Positions 35,625 through 46,031 of a stretch of 50,821 nt of DNA are shown piece by piece. Both the position numbers and the translations under genes were made by a program. This stretch comes from a virus (taxonomy: Duplodnaviria; Caudoviricetes), in the IMG/VR virus record IMGVR_UViG_3300026551_000004, positions 1-50,821 of that record, one strand, 5' to 3'. The first letter of the stretch is position 1. Each line of letters starts with the position of its first letter. A model generated the notes under the pieces. The model ran no database searches. It was not told where the DNA came from and saw nothing but the letters and a program-made list of their open reading frames with translations.

Positions 35625-37157
35625 TTATGTAGTTGTGTTGAATGCAGTCCAAACATTTGAACCAGTTGTGTTAATATATAAACGAGCGTTAATCACTCCA
35701 TCAGTTCTCAAATAAAGAGACCCTTGTGCAGCCGTTATAGTCGGAGCACCTACACCATAAAATATACCGAATAGTGAACCTGAAGCCATAAAATAAGCAT
35801 GACTTGTGTCTCCACCTGATATGGCAGGAGTAGTACTTCCTACTTTAGCACTTCCAGTAGTAACTAAATTACCACTAATATCTATAGTAAGATTACCAGC
35901 ACCTAACTGAAGAGTTCCACCAGTTGCTGAAGAGCTTAAGATAGCTGAACCACTCGTCTGTCCTGCTAATGTTAATTGACCTGCTGTAGAACCGATAACA
36001 CCTACTTGAATAGGTTGGTTAATAGTTAATAGATTTGATGTAGCATTAGTTTGAAATTGAATTTGACCACTAGTAGTTCCAGCAAGATTCAAAGTACCGT
36101 TAGATATTCCTGGACCACCTACACCAATTGTTCCTGTAGGTCCTACTGAAAATCCATTAGTTAAAAGAGCATTTCCACTAAATGTAGTAACAGAAAAATC
36201 AATACCACTTACAACTGTAGACCCACCTTTTGTTTTAATAAGGGTTCCTCCAGTCTTTACAGGAAACTGGTTAATACCATCTCCGAATTGAATTCCATTT
36301 AACCAACCAACAGAACCTGATTGATTGACCAAACGAACAGCCGCATCATTACGAGATCCAAAAACAGTGTCGTTACTTGTTTGAACAATCGCAAATCCCC
36401 ATTTATCAAGAACAGAAGAACCTGTTAAACAAGTTGTATTTATTTCACCGCCTGATATTTCTGCCATATTAGTAGCGGCAGCATTCAATATCACAGCTGG
36501 ATTAATTCCACCTATAGTTCCCTTTTCAGTTCCTATGCCACCACCATCATTAGAGACAGCTTGTGCAGTAAATACACCAGCTATATAGTTTCTACTGGTA
36601 TTAGAAACAGAAGTAGGACTTAATAATTGAATGGTTGATTGAAATGCTTGTCTAGCGCCTTTAGTATTGGAACCTCCAATACCGTGGTAAATAGAAAAAG
36701 CATCAGCTACATTCCCTAGTCCACTTGCATCTAAATTATCACCTGAAACAGCAATTTGATTGAATACATTAGTTGTGGTAAAAGAACTGGGATTTGTATT
36801 TGTTCCTAAAATACCTGCGTTAAATGTCTGTATTCCAGACCAAGTATTAGTTCCATCTAGAAATGGAACAGTATGTCCTGAGGTTCCTGTGAGAGCACTA
36901 ATAATTGTTATATTCTGAGCATTGGTTACATCCTGTAACCTAGCTGGAGAATTCAACGTAGTGGGAAAGGGAAGATTAATTATTTGATTATTGTTCATAT
37001 CCAGAGTGGAACTCATCTGATTAGGACTAATTCCACTTCTAGAAAGAACATCATTCATTGCAGTAGTTATAGCTGAGAAATTAGTGTTCACAGTATTAAC
37101 TGCAGACGTATCGTTTTGAAACGTAGCTACATTATTGAGATTTAAATTTTCAGCCAT
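35625..37157 (-). CDS. Tail fibre/spike
   Basis: N-terminal anchor SRSGISPNQM..LDMNNNQIINLP; G/T/S/N-rich body; C-terminal GSLYLRTDG. Confidence 0.8.
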   Translation of the reverse strand: MAENLNLNNVATFQNDTSAVNTVNTNFSAITTAMNDVLSRSGISPNQMSSTLDMNNNQIINLPFPTTLNSPARLQDVTNAQNITIISALTGTSGHTVPFLDGTNTWSGIQTFNAGILGTNTNPSSFTTTNVFNQIAVSGDNLDASGLGNVADAFSIYHGIGGSNTKGARQAFQSTIQLLSPTSVSNTSRNYIAGVFTAQAVSNDGGGIGTEKGTIGGINPAVILNAAATNMAEISGGEINTTCLTGSSVLDKWGFAIVQTSNDTVFGSRNDAAVRLVNQSGSVGWLNGIQFGDGINQFPVKTGGTLIKTKGGSTVVSGIDFSVTTFSGNALLTNGFSVGPTGTIGVGGPGISNGTLNLAGTTSGQIQFQTNATSNLLTINQPIQVGVIGSTAGQLTLAGQTSGSAILSSSATGGTLQLGAGNLTIDISGNLVTTGSAKVGSTTPAISGGDTSHAYFMASGSLFGIFYGVGAPTITAAQGSLYLRTDGVINARLYINTTGSNVWTAFNTTT

Positions 37158-37169
37158 ATTCTACTTTCT

Positions 37170-37649
37170 TTAAGCATACACGTTGTATGCTGGAGATGTA
37201 ACGTTAGAGATTTGAAGAAGAAATATCTTCTGAGTACCAGTAGCTATCGTACCAGTAGAACCTGAAGCAAGAGTGCCTCCTGTACCTACTGCAAGAGTAA
37301 CTCCTGCCGCTCCATGTGCACTTACAGTAAAGGATACCGTAGTACCTGATGTAGATGTAGTAGTTGCTCCTGAATAGGTATTAGCTAGGGCTGCAACAAT
37401 ATTAGCTGCAGTATCCAATGTAAGTGTAGTAGCACCTGCATTAGTAGAAATAACCATACCAGTAGCAATATTAGCCAACGTCAATGTAGCAGATGTTCCT
37501 GCAACAATAGTTGGATTAACACTATTAACATCAATAACAATATTACCTTGTGATCCGCCTGTACCAACAGTACCAGCAGAAGCAAAAGCAAGAGCATTCA
37601 CAATAACATCATTTCCACTGAGATCAAGGCGTCTTGAAGTATCGACCAT
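37170..37649 (-). CDS. Virion structural protein (head fibre/decoration-like)
   Basis: T/A/G-rich beta protein downstream of the capsid genes. Confidence 0.55.
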   Translation of the reverse strand: MVDTSRRLDLSGNDVIVNALAFASAGTVGTGGSQGNIVIDVNSVNPTIVAGTSATLTLANIATGMVISTNAGATTLTLDTAANIVAALANTYSGATTTSTSGTTVSFTVSAHGAAGVTLAVGTGGTLASGSTGTIATGTQKIFLLQISNVTSPAYNVYA

Positions 37650-37664
37650 TTGTTTTCCTTTCTA

Positions 37665-37695
37665 CATCTAGTGGGGCCGAAGCCCCACATAGATG
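37665..37695 (-). promoter_or_regulatory. cUUCGg hairpin after the capsid genes (stability or weak terminator)
   Basis: - strand CATCTATGTGGGGC-TTCG-GCCCCACTAGATG; no U tract. Confidence 0.65.
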
Positions 37696-37702
37696 ATATC
37701 AG

Positions 37703-38452
37703 TTAGTAGCTGATGTTACCATAGATCCAGTACTTCACACGCATCTTTATAAGACCCGATGTGAATGCACCGTTCGTAAGTGTGGAAATCCAAGCATTCT
37801 GAGGAAGCGGAGTAATAGCGTTCGTCACGAGAGGAACGTTACCCAACCATGCACCACCGTTACCAGTAGTAGCAGTGGGAACACCACCACCAAAAACTGT
37901 TCCGGTTACACCTGCAACGTTGAACTCAGTACGAGTACCAACAACGAGGATAGTGCTGCTCAAAGTCAACCCAGTAGCTGCACTTGTACCAATAAGCTGA
38001 AATCCTGCATTAGGAGTAGCTTGTACAAATGTAGAGCTGGGAGAACCTGGATTAGTGAGAACCAAACCAACAGTCATAGTGTTACCACTAGGAGCGATAG
38101 TCTGGAGAGTTTCGAGTTCAACTTTCTCAATGAACAACTGAGTGTTAGAGAGAGTCAATGCACTGCCAGATGCAGTCTGCGGAGCAGTAATCTGCAACGG
38201 GAACTCAGTCGTGAGAGACTGAATACCAGACTGATACGGCGTACCAGTACCACTGAAGGTAAGGCTAGTAGGCGGTGGCTGAACAGTGAATTGGGAGTTA
38301 AGACCCCAAGTTGTGGGAACAAGCGGAATATACTGCTCTATTTCACGGTATTCACCGTAAACCAGATAGTCTCCGCCCATTTCCGGGAGTTGTTTCTGAG
38401 TGCCGTATTGAAGCGGCAACCCATCTTGATTATACCAAAAACCTGCGACCAT
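37703..38452 (-). CDS. Capsid decoration/minor capsid protein
   Basis: WYNQDGLPLQYG N-terminus; immediately after the MCP gene; GGAG RBS. Confidence 0.6.
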   Translation of the reverse strand: MVAGFWYNQDGLPLQYGTQKQLPEMGGDYLVYGEYREIEQYIPLVPTTWGLNSQFTVQPPPTSLTFSGTGTPYQSGIQSLTTEFPLQITAPQTASGSALTLSNTQLFIEKVELETLQTIAPSGNTMTVGLVLTNPGSPSSTFVQATPNAGFQLIGTSAATGLTLSSTILVVGTRTEFNVAGVTGTVFGGGVPTATTGNGGAWLGNVPLVTNAITPLPQNAWISTLTNGAFTSGLIKMRVKYWIYGNISY

Positions 38453-38464
38453 ATTATGTCTCCA

Positions 38465-39436
38465 TTAGCTCGGAACAACAGTAGTGTTGGTCAGGATTGT
38501 AATCAGGTTTTCCGGCCGATAGAGCTTGAAGCCCCATTCAGCAACGGTCAAATACTCTTCTTGCTGGAGATCTTTATTGAACTCCGAATACACCGTCGGG
38601 AGCTGACGGAATGCGCCAACCCAAGGAAGTGTGTCGCCGGGAGCGGCAGAGAAGAAGAAATTTGCAACACCATTAGTTACAGTACCAGCGGAACCACCAG
38701 TTGTAATAGTTTCGGAAGCAATTGTCGGAAGGTAATTTGACACATAGATATCAAAACCAAACAGATTAAATCTGAATTTAAATCCAGTCATAGCGCCATC
38801 ACGGATGACGTTTTCCCACATTGGCATGGGGGAGAGAAGATTTACCAGATTAGACTGGGTTTGAATAGTATATGCGACGGAAGGGTCAACAATCGCGCAC
38901 AGATTCACCAGTGGAACATTAGCCTTTGTAAGGGCATAATGCGCACGTGCGAAGTCTGGATATGCGATAGCGGCGCTTGCGCCAGTACCTACCCAACGAT
39001 GATCGGCAAGGTTAATTATGTTTGCATTGCCAGCGGTCTGACCGCCATTTGCCTTTGCAAGAATGTCCGTTTCTACGGCTTCCATCAATGCACGGTGTTG
39101 ACGCGGAATAAACGCGGCAATAACATCGGCTGCATAGAAAGAATCACGCTTAAACTTTTCGGAGATTGCGTTAGCTGAATACTTGTATCGATCAAATGCA
39201 AAGGTAAAGTTACCTGTATCCATTGCATTATACTTAATAGCCTGACCTTCTGTAAAGTCAGCAGTAATAGCTTCACCAATCGACGGAATGTTAAGTGTAA
39301 CACCATCTGGGAAGTCGGAGATAATACGAACAAACTTCATGGCATTCAGTTCGTCTAGGAGCAATTCCTTTATGTGGCGTGACCACAGGTTTGTTCTTAG
39401 AAGAAACTGAGTATTGGCATCCATAAAGCCTGCCAT
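38465..39436 (-). CDS. Major capsid protein
   Basis: 323 aa; FPDGVTLNIPSIG, WGFKLYRPENL; follows the scaffold gene; AGGAG RBS. Confidence 0.9.
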   Translation of the reverse strand: MAGFMDANTQFLLRTNLWSRHIKELLLDELNAMKFVRIISDFPDGVTLNIPSIGEAITADFTEGQAIKYNAMDTGNFTFAFDRYKYSANAISEKFKRDSFYAADVIAAFIPRQHRALMEAVETDILAKANGGQTAGNANIINLADHRWVGTGASAAIAYPDFARAHYALTKANVPLVNLCAIVDPSVAYTIQTQSNLVNLLSPMPMWENVIRDGAMTGFKFRFNLFGFDIYVSNYLPTIASETITTGGSAGTVTNGVANFFFSAAPGDTLPWVGAFRQLPTVYSEFNKDLQQEEYLTVAEWGFKLYRPENLITILTNTTVVPS

Positions 39437-39451
39437 TTGTTAGTCTCCTAT

Positions 39452-40219
39452 TTAATAATTTATACGAAAATCTTTGTCAAAACGATTAAAGTCACCAGTT
39501 TCAAAGGCTGCGCCTAGAGCTAATGCATCTTTATGCATTTGGACGTTTGTTTCACGAGAATAGTATTTCTTAGGTTCTTTCACTTTCAAGTCCTGATACC
39601 ATGCCCAGTCTCGTACTTCAGTCTTTGGTTTGAACTGGTCTGTTCTAACTTGAGAACGAGGTGGTGCGAACGGATCACGGGATGGAACCATCTGAGGTTC
39701 TAAATCCAAAAGTCTTGTTAAAGCTTTGGGATTATTACGAGCCATCAAATTGAACTGATCAGCAGAAAGATCTACTTCAGCCATTCTCGATTGAAGCGCA
39801 TCATGATATTCTTTACCAAGAGTTGCTTCTAGTTTTGTTTTAACAAACTGAATATTCTCTGCTTCTCTCTTAGTCTGCTCACGCTGACTCATACGAGAAT
39901 CAATCAAATCTTCAATCTGTTTGGAATCGATGGGAGACTTTGTTTCTGGGACGAGGGGTTTAATGTCCACTGAAACAGGTTTATTCTGGATGTTCATTTT
40001 GTCAATTAATTCCTGCAAACCAGCCTTAGCCACTTGCTCTTCATGTAGTTTTAGATAATCTCCTCTCAGTTGGTCCATCTGAGATTCGAGTGTTAGTATA
40101 TAGTTGTCAGAGATATACTTGCCTTTAGCAAGTTCTTCCGCTGTTTTAAACTTCTTTCCTTCACCTACAAGATTTTCTAAATAATTATCTTGTGGTAGGT
40201 TCAGTAGGTCGTCGGTCAT
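39452..40219 (-). CDS. Capsid scaffolding protein
   Basis: LVGEGKKFKTAEELAK; coiled coil; lies between portal and MCP. Confidence 0.8.
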   Translation of the reverse strand: MTDDLLNLPQDNYLENLVGEGKKFKTAEELAKGKYISDNYILTLESQMDQLRGDYLKLHEEQVAKAGLQELIDKMNIQNKPVSVDIKPLVPETKSPIDSKQIEDLIDSRMSQREQTKREAENIQFVKTKLEATLGKEYHDALQSRMAEVDLSADQFNLMARNNPKALTRLLDLEPQMVPSRDPFAPPRSQVRTDQFKPKTEVRDWAWYQDLKVKEPKKYYSRETNVQMHKDALALGAAFETGDFNRFDKDFRINY

Positions 40220-40425
40220 GGCCTATAAATTCTCTCAATTCTAATGCGAAGTATATAAATCCTATAAGAAAGGTCCTATCTTCGTAGGTTAATGTATCGT
40301 TAGTAATTAGTTTCTTTTGTATTGTTAATGCTTCAGGCTTCAATGTCTAGGCACTCCACAGCTTAAACAATTAGGAGCCGTAGGAGGATTTCTTGTACAA
40401 CAACGCCGACATATCCACATAAAAC

Positions 40426-42294
40426 TCATTGTGAAGCTATTGTTCCTTTAGGAGAAGCACTAGCAGCTGGTTGACGCTGTAGATTCATAGCATTGGACTG
40501 AGGAGGCGGTTGTCCACCACCTGCATTATCAAAGTCATACCCTTGTCCTGTAGCTGTTTGACTAGATGCGTGTACTTGCTCTTCTATGGCATTCATAAAC
40601 TTTTGACCTTCGCCTTGCTCAGCAAGAGCAACGAAAGGCATAACTACTTGATAATCTTCCAGATTAAATACCTTTTCTAATATCTTCGCTAGTTTAACAC
40701 CAGAGAAATGAGGTTGTACTGAGGGCCATAGGTTACTACCAGTAAGGGCGGTTAAGTTCTGTATTAAATCTGCCTGTTCTGCGAAATGCCTGGCAGCTAT
40801 TGGTTTAATCCGTCCAATACCAGTAATATCGTCTATGGTTAAGTTTTGGAACGTTACGATCTTTAATTCGTTATCAAATACAGGTATCGTGGTTGCCCCG
40901 ACAAGATTACGTTGGGCAAGTTCCAACATTGCGTTGAACAGATGTTCTTCGAAATGCTCTTCAAATTGTTTTATTTTATTGTTATAGATACGAGCAGAGG
41001 CATTTTCCAATCGTTGAACTTCATACTTAGTCTTTTCCCCGGGGGAACGAAAACCCATTGCTTCGCGAGGTGCACCTGCCATCTCTTCCATAAGACGTTC
41101 AAGATTTTGTATCTCCATGTTGGCTTGTAAAGCATTGACATCAGGGACAACCATTTCAACATCCCCTTCATCTCCCACAAAGATTTTCTCACCCGGACGC
41201 CACGTAAAGTCTTCGACAAATCCTTTTACCTTTTGTACTGGATATGTAATGAGATCGAAAACATCTGCTTTCATATTCTCCACATGATCCATACGATATT
41301 GCATACCTACTAGATTATCTAGAGGTCCCATTCCCCAAAGATTGTCTTGTTTCTTTCTCCAGGGGACATGAAATATAGGAGGATAACCAAAGAAAGAGGG
41401 ATTAGGCTTATTATTGATGAGCTTATGACGATCAATAACAGTGATGACACGGTTCTTCTCGAATGTATCGTTTATATAGTCGTAGTAATCACCGTAGAAG
41501 GTGAGTATTTCAACAAAGTCGGACATAAGGTACTGTCTAAAAGATGTGAAGCCATCCATTTGGTAGAGATGGTCCCTTTGTATCCAGTCTCCCTGAAAAG
41601 AGCGTGCATGAAAACGAATGTTCTTAAGATAGTCATAGAGTCTTTCGTATTCAACTCGGTTTTCATCATTAGACATTCTCTCCAATAGTTCTCTCAACTC
41701 ACCCATTGAGATAATAGAACGTACTATCTTAGGTGAAGAAAGAAAGTTTTCAGCAGTAGGATTAAATACAATATCAAGAGGGGAGATACGGCGAACCATA
41801 GGTCCTACGTATCCAGCTTGTGTTTTATCGCCAGTAACCTGGACCCTCTGATCTATCCACTCTACAGTAGCAAAGCAATTACCAAAATCTATGTAATCCA
41901 TGATAATCTTGTCCATTTCATGTTTAAACATAGGTTGGGCAATTACCCAGTTCATATAATTCGTAATAGCATCTCGTTTAAGAGTAGAGTTGCTATCGTA
42001 TTCATTGGCTTCCCATACCAACCATTTACGTTGAGGAAAGAGAGTAGCAGTATAGTTAGAATAAAGATTATCTCTTATTTGGCAAAGTTTCGGGACTGTC
42101 GTCTTATTCTTCCACGGGAGCTGGTTATTCGTTGTTTGTGTCGTATCTGTCGCGTAAACATATCTACGTACCTCTTCCCAATCATTCTTCTTTGTAATAC
42201 GTAAAGTATCCCACTCGATAAATCTCTCGGTGAGACGCGTAGCCAGAAGATCTGGCTCTATTACATTATGTAATTCTAATACTCGTCCAGTCAC
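40426..42294 (-). CDS. Portal protein
   Basis: 622 aa; FGNCF, RISPLDIVF, GMGPLDNL, AMGFRSPGEKT; synteny. Confidence 0.9.
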   Translation of the reverse strand: MTGRVLELHNVIEPDLLATRLTERFIEWDTLRITKKNDWEEVRRYVYATDTTQTTNNQLPWKNKTTVPKLCQIRDNLYSNYTATLFPQRKWLVWEANEYDSNSTLKRDAITNYMNWVIAQPMFKHEMDKIIMDYIDFGNCFATVEWIDQRVQVTGDKTQAGYVGPMVRRISPLDIVFNPTAENFLSSPKIVRSIISMGELRELLERMSNDENRVEYERLYDYLKNIRFHARSFQGDWIQRDHLYQMDGFTSFRQYLMSDFVEILTFYGDYYDYINDTFEKNRVITVIDRHKLINNKPNPSFFGYPPIFHVPWRKKQDNLWGMGPLDNLVGMQYRMDHVENMKADVFDLITYPVQKVKGFVEDFTWRPGEKIFVGDEGDVEMVVPDVNALQANMEIQNLERLMEEMAGAPREAMGFRSPGEKTKYEVQRLENASARIYNNKIKQFEEHFEEHLFNAMLELAQRNLVGATTIPVFDNELKIVTFQNLTIDDITGIGRIKPIAARHFAEQADLIQNLTALTGSNLWPSVQPHFSGVKLAKILEKVFNLEDYQVVMPFVALAEQGEGQKFMNAIEEQVHASSQTATGQGYDFDNAGGGQPPPQSNAMNLQRQPAASASPKGTIASQ

Positions 42295-42387
42295 TTAACA
42301 ACTTCTTTACAATAAGGACATATTCCATGATTAGACCAGGAAATCCACTCTCCACACTTAGGACAGTAAAATCCTTGGGGATAAAAA

Positions 42388-42561
42388 CTATTCATCTTTT
42401 AACTTTAATACTTCTTCTACTGTTTCCATAACATGTATGGCTTGAGATAAATCTCCCCGTTGAACTACAACTACAGAACCTTTATCTATATGAGGACTTA
42501 TTGATTGAATCTTTTCACGATCAACATTAACTATAATACCATTGTGAATGGTTAAATTCAC
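42388..42561 (-). CDS. Small protein, FlbD-like pattern
   Basis: IIVNVDREKIQSI...VMETVEEVLKL; GTGA overlap with terL. Confidence 0.45.
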   Translation of the reverse strand: MNLTIHNGIIVNVDREKIQSISPHIDKGSVVVVQRGDLSQAIHVMETVEEVLKLKDE

Positions 42562-44132
42562 GTAACACCTCCAAACTTATTATGAAAAGTAAACTCTTGT
42601 ATATCTAAACGTCGTAAACTGCGGAATAGAGAAGTAGGAGGAACACAGAAGTCAACACAAGAAGCTAGGGCATCTTTGCAATCATCATGAGATGGATTAA
42701 CAAATATCAGTTCTTCCTCAAGTACCTGACAGTTTCCACCGAGATAATGCCATATTTGTCTATTGGCGTATTTAGGCTCCAAGACTGCCAGTATTCTTTC
42801 TTCTTTACTACCCGTCCATCGACTAGGTCTATATTCTTCGACTGCAAGAGAAAGGCCATTCTTTCTTATATAATTATCCCTTAAATCTCTAACTATTACT
42901 ACTTGTGCTGAAGAAACTTCAGCTCTGATCTTATAGAATCCCCATTTCTCATATAATTTGAGTATTCTGCTATAGTATTCCGAGGGTTTATCAGTCCTGA
43001 AACGTTCAATATCAAGTATGTAGTAGTTATGGCTCCCATCGCAACCAACCACAGCAATGGCAGTATAATCGGACTTCCTATTAGTAGTATAAGCGAAGTC
43101 AACCGCTGCGAAAACATTAAGTCTTTCATTCTTAAAATACCATCTACCATCTTTAGCAACTAGCCAGATTGGATCATAGTATTGGAATTGATCTCTTTTG
43201 ATGGGGGCCGAATCGACGTCGTGCGGATCGTTATAGTATTGTGCCCGGAAGTGTACTTTATTAAGGTACTGTGCTCTTTTTTCAGCAAGTATCTTGGAGT
43301 CAAATCCGTACCATCTTCCGTTTTTAGCTTGTTGTCTTGGCCAGAGGAACTGTCCAGTTCCGTCTCCCATCGTTTCGACAGGGTATTCTTTAGTTTCAAA
43401 TAATGGTTCAGAACGGGCCACATTACCCAACTCATCGTAATCAGATATCTCCATTGCCTGTAGGTCGGCGTATAAGTCTAATGGATGGTAGCGAGTACCT
43501 ACTACCCACTCCCTTGCACCTACTGTTTCAATAGAAGAAAGAAGTGAATACTGATCTTTTACTTTTGATCGTCCTTCTTCTGTGTAGGCGTTGGCTTGAA
43601 CAACCACGTCATCAAGTACAGCAATGTCACAATGCATACCAACGATATTGCTAGTGAGCCCAGCAGTAAAGATGCTTGGATCGCGTACATAGTGTTCCCT
43701 CCTTGCTGGGTGGTCTATTGATATTTCTTTCTCAGTCCATTTCTCACGTTTAGCTTCCTCTTGGAAGATCATATCGGGCCATAATGCTCGATAATTATCA
43801 CACGTAAGAATATCTTTAATGAACTTAAGTTGTTTTATTGCTAGATTAGAAGTAGAAGAAATATATAAGATACGTAGAGTGGGATCCCGGGTTAGTTCCC
43901 ATGCCACGCGAAGTCCTATTAAAGAAGACTTCATGTGGTCTCGAGGAAGCAACAATAGTTGATACTTATGCGCTTCAGACCTCGTCCACCAAGATATTAC
44001 TTCTCGGTGTATATTTCCTAACAACCTGTGAGGTTGTACTATTTCAATGAACTTAATAAAGTCTGCTTCAGCATCTAGACGGTGTACATCCCTAGCTTCC
44101 TGAAGTTTACTTACTTTCTTTTTACGAGGCAT
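42558..44132 (-). CDS. terL: Terminase large subunit
   Basis: LLLPRDHMKS (Walker A variant), AVLDD Walker B, GTRY, AVDFA, DDCKDA. Confidence 0.93.
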   Translation of the reverse strand: MPRKKKVSKLQEARDVHRLDAEADFIKFIEIVQPHRLLGNIHREVISWWTRSEAHKYQLLLLPRDHMKSSLIGLRVAWELTRDPTLRILYISSTSNLAIKQLKFIKDILTCDNYRALWPDMIFQEEAKREKWTEKEISIDHPARREHYVRDPSIFTAGLTSNIVGMHCDIAVLDDVVVQANAYTEEGRSKVKDQYSLLSSIETVGAREWVVGTRYHPLDLYADLQAMEISDYDELGNVARSEPLFETKEYPVETMGDGTGQFLWPRQQAKNGRWYGFDSKILAEKRAQYLNKVHFRAQYYNDPHDVDSAPIKRDQFQYYDPIWLVAKDGRWYFKNERLNVFAAVDFAYTTNRKSDYTAIAVVGCDGSHNYYILDIERFRTDKPSEYYSRILKLYEKWGFYKIRAEVSSAQVVIVRDLRDNYIRKNGLSLAVEEYRPSRWTGSKEERILAVLEPKYANRQIWHYLGGNCQVLEEELIFVNPSHDDCKDALASCVDFCVPPTSLFRSLRRLDIQEFTFHNKFGGVT

Positions 44133-44410
44133 TAATCAATATTATGACCATCTCTACGAAGATAGTCTAAAACCTTATCAAATCTACGTTCAAATAACTC
44201 AACACGATCTTTTAAATATATTATATCTTTTGTTAGTATGGCAGACTCAATAATAAGTTTGTTTAATATCTTGATATCATCTTTGATATCTCTGATATCT
44301 TCTTTTATTTCCTTGGAGTCATAGTTCTGTTTCCAATAGAAACCAGCAGCACTAACTAGAACAGTTCCTAAAGTCAATAAAGTACCGAGACTGATTTCCC
44401 ATACAATCAC
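44132..44410 (-). CDS. Membrane-anchored coiled-coil protein
   Basis: N-terminal hydrophobic segment followed by heptad repeats. Confidence 0.65.
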   Translation of the reverse strand: MIVWEISLGTLLTLGTVLVSAAGFYWKQNYDSKEIKEDIRDIKDDIKILNKLIIESAILTKDIIYLKDRVELFERRFDKVLDYLRRDGHNID

Positions 44411-44839
44411 TCAGATCATGTACCCCCAGATATTAGCAGCACACAGAGTAGCTCCTGCACCATTAGTAGTAGTAGATATACTAATAGAACCTGTGGGAGT
44501 ACCTGTAGCACCATTAGTCACACCAGTAATATACATATAGGAAGCTACTGGAGGTATTAGATTAATTTCAAAGGGAACTTGAAGAGTTCCTGCTCCTGCA
44601 GATATAGGATAACTCCAAGTACCTAGTACTACTGCAGTACCATTAGCTGCTGGGGCATATGAAATTGTTATAGTTACTTGAGATGCAGCCGTAGCTCCTG
44701 TACTTTGATAACTAAAACCTGTACAGTACATATTACGGCCTGTATTTGTATTAGCACCTAACGTTGCAACCAAAGTACCTGATGTACCTGTAGCCGTAGC
44801 TGATAAAGGTTGTGCTCCCGATGGTATTGTATTAGCCAT
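44411..44839 (-). CDS. Virion-associated beta-rich protein
   Basis: T/A/G-rich, aromatic C-terminus. Confidence 0.6.
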   Translation of the reverse strand: MANTIPSGAQPLSATATGTSGTLVATLGANTNTGRNMYCTGFSYQSTGATAASQVTITISYAPAANGTAVVLGTWSYPISAGAGTLQVPFEINLIPPVASYMYITGVTNGATGTPTGSISISTTTNGAGATLCAANIWGYMI

Positions 44840-44973
44840 TATCTTCCTCTTCCAACCGCTGATTTACCTGAATGTTTACTATTCCAAATCATAGCGGCAT
44901 GTTTCTTAGCGTATTTTGTTGATTTACCTTTAGAGATAAACTTATCTCTTATTTTCTCATATCCTGCTGGCAT
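44839..44973 (-). CDS. Small basic protein (44 aa)
   Basis: MPAGYEKIRDKFISKGKSTKYAKKHAAMIWN; TAATG coupling. Confidence 0.55.
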   Translation of the reverse strand: MPAGYEKIRDKFISKGKSTKYAKKHAAMIWNSKHSGKSAVGRGR

Positions 44974-45109
44974 TCTTAACTGCTTCTCTTAAAGACTCTC
45001 CAGCTTTGTCGTGACAATCTATTGCCTTCTTTACTGCTTCACGAGCAGCATCAATTGCATCTGCAGTAGCTATAACTGCAGCAGCAGCCTTAACTACTGA
45101 CTCTGACAT
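44957..45109 (-). CDS. Small Ala-rich protein (50 aa)
   Basis: MSESVVKAAAAV...; TAATG coupling. Confidence 0.5.
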   Translation of the reverse strand: MSESVVKAAAAVIATADAIDAAREAVKKAIDCHDKAGESLREAVKNASRI

Positions 45110-45402
45110 TAAGAACCTACAGGAAATTTAGCTGAGCCTTGCGGTTTAGCCTTATTACCTTTACCAAAGTGAGAAGAATCATCAATCATCTTCTTAGGAG
45201 GCATAATCTGTGGCTTCTGACCACCGCCTACTGGACGTGGGCGATTATCAATAGGATGTTTACTTACATCCTGAATATCACTACGTTTAGGCATTAGATG
45301 GTCATTAGACAGACCATGATGTGGATACTTAGGATCCATGCCTTGCATAGACTCTGAATAGAGTTGATTACCCTTATTATCTTTAGGTGCCATAATTGTC
45401 AT
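45109..45402 (-). CDS. Small low-complexity protein
   Basis: Coupled ORF, P/G/K-rich. Confidence 0.6.
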   Translation of the reverse strand: MTIMAPKDNKGNQLYSESMQGMDPKYPHHGLSNDHLMPKRSDIQDVSKHPIDNRPRPVGGGQKPQIMPPKKMIDDSSHFGKGNKAKPQGSAKFPVGS

Positions 45403-45602
45403 GCTGTCCTCCCAAACGACATATCCTGAGTCGGTCCCATAGGCGTACCATCGTCACCTGGACCCATTGGTCCTTGAGGCGCCATTGATTGAGAACCTAG
45501 ATGAGCGGCTTGACTATCTGCTTCTTGTGGAAAGCCAGGAGCAATAGTCTGAGCTATGTTCCTACCACGGTATGCGTGTGAACTTTTAGTTTGTTTCTTC
45601 AT
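45399..45602 (-). CDS. Small low-complexity protein
   Basis: ATGA coupling. Confidence 0.55.
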   Translation of the reverse strand: MKKQTKSSHAYRGRNIAQTIAPGFPQEADSQAAHLGSQSMAPQGPMGPGDDGTPMGPTQDMSFGRTA

Positions 45603-45805
45603 TCATTTATTCCTGGAGTTGTAGAAGCATCAGGAGCTGAAGATTGAGAACCAGAAGATGCTGGCTGTGCTGATCCTTGAGTAGGAAAAGAATTATCTAT
45701 CCTAAAGTCATGTTCTGCATTCTTACCACTGGGAAACTCAGGAAGCTTCTTTGGTACTGAAGGCAGCGGATAATGTTTAGGTTTATCCGCGAAAGGATTA
45801 TCCAT
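45599..45805 (-). CDS. Small low-complexity protein
   Basis: Coupled ORF, P/S-rich. Confidence 0.55.
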   Translation of the reverse strand: MDNPFADKPKHYPLPSVPKKLPEFPSGKNAEHDFRIDNSFPTQGSAQPASSGSQSSAPDASTTPGINE

Positions 45806-46005
45806 TACATATCCATACCAGAAGGAGCACCATGCTCTAGACGAGTTGGAGTACCAGAACCTACTTTACCAGCGGTATACCCACCTGGATCGTGGACTGG
45901 AGCGCCAGCACTACCATCATGCGACATAGAACCTTCGTGAGCTCTTGTTGCTGTTCCCTTTAGATTATCGTAAGAAGGAACGTTATTTAGACCATATTGA
46001 GCCAT
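45805..46005 (-). CDS. Small low-complexity protein
   Basis: AAGGA RBS; G-rich. Confidence 0.6.
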   Translation of the reverse strand: MAQYGLNNVPSYDNLKGTATRAHEGSMSHDGSAGAPVHDPGGYTAGKVGSGTPTRLEHGAPSGMDM

Positions 46006-46031
46006 TTATCGGTTTTTCCTTATAAATTTTG

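Noticed and set aside
38021-39178. + strand ORFs antisense to the capsid genes
   Set aside because: Shadow frames of strongly biased coding sequence
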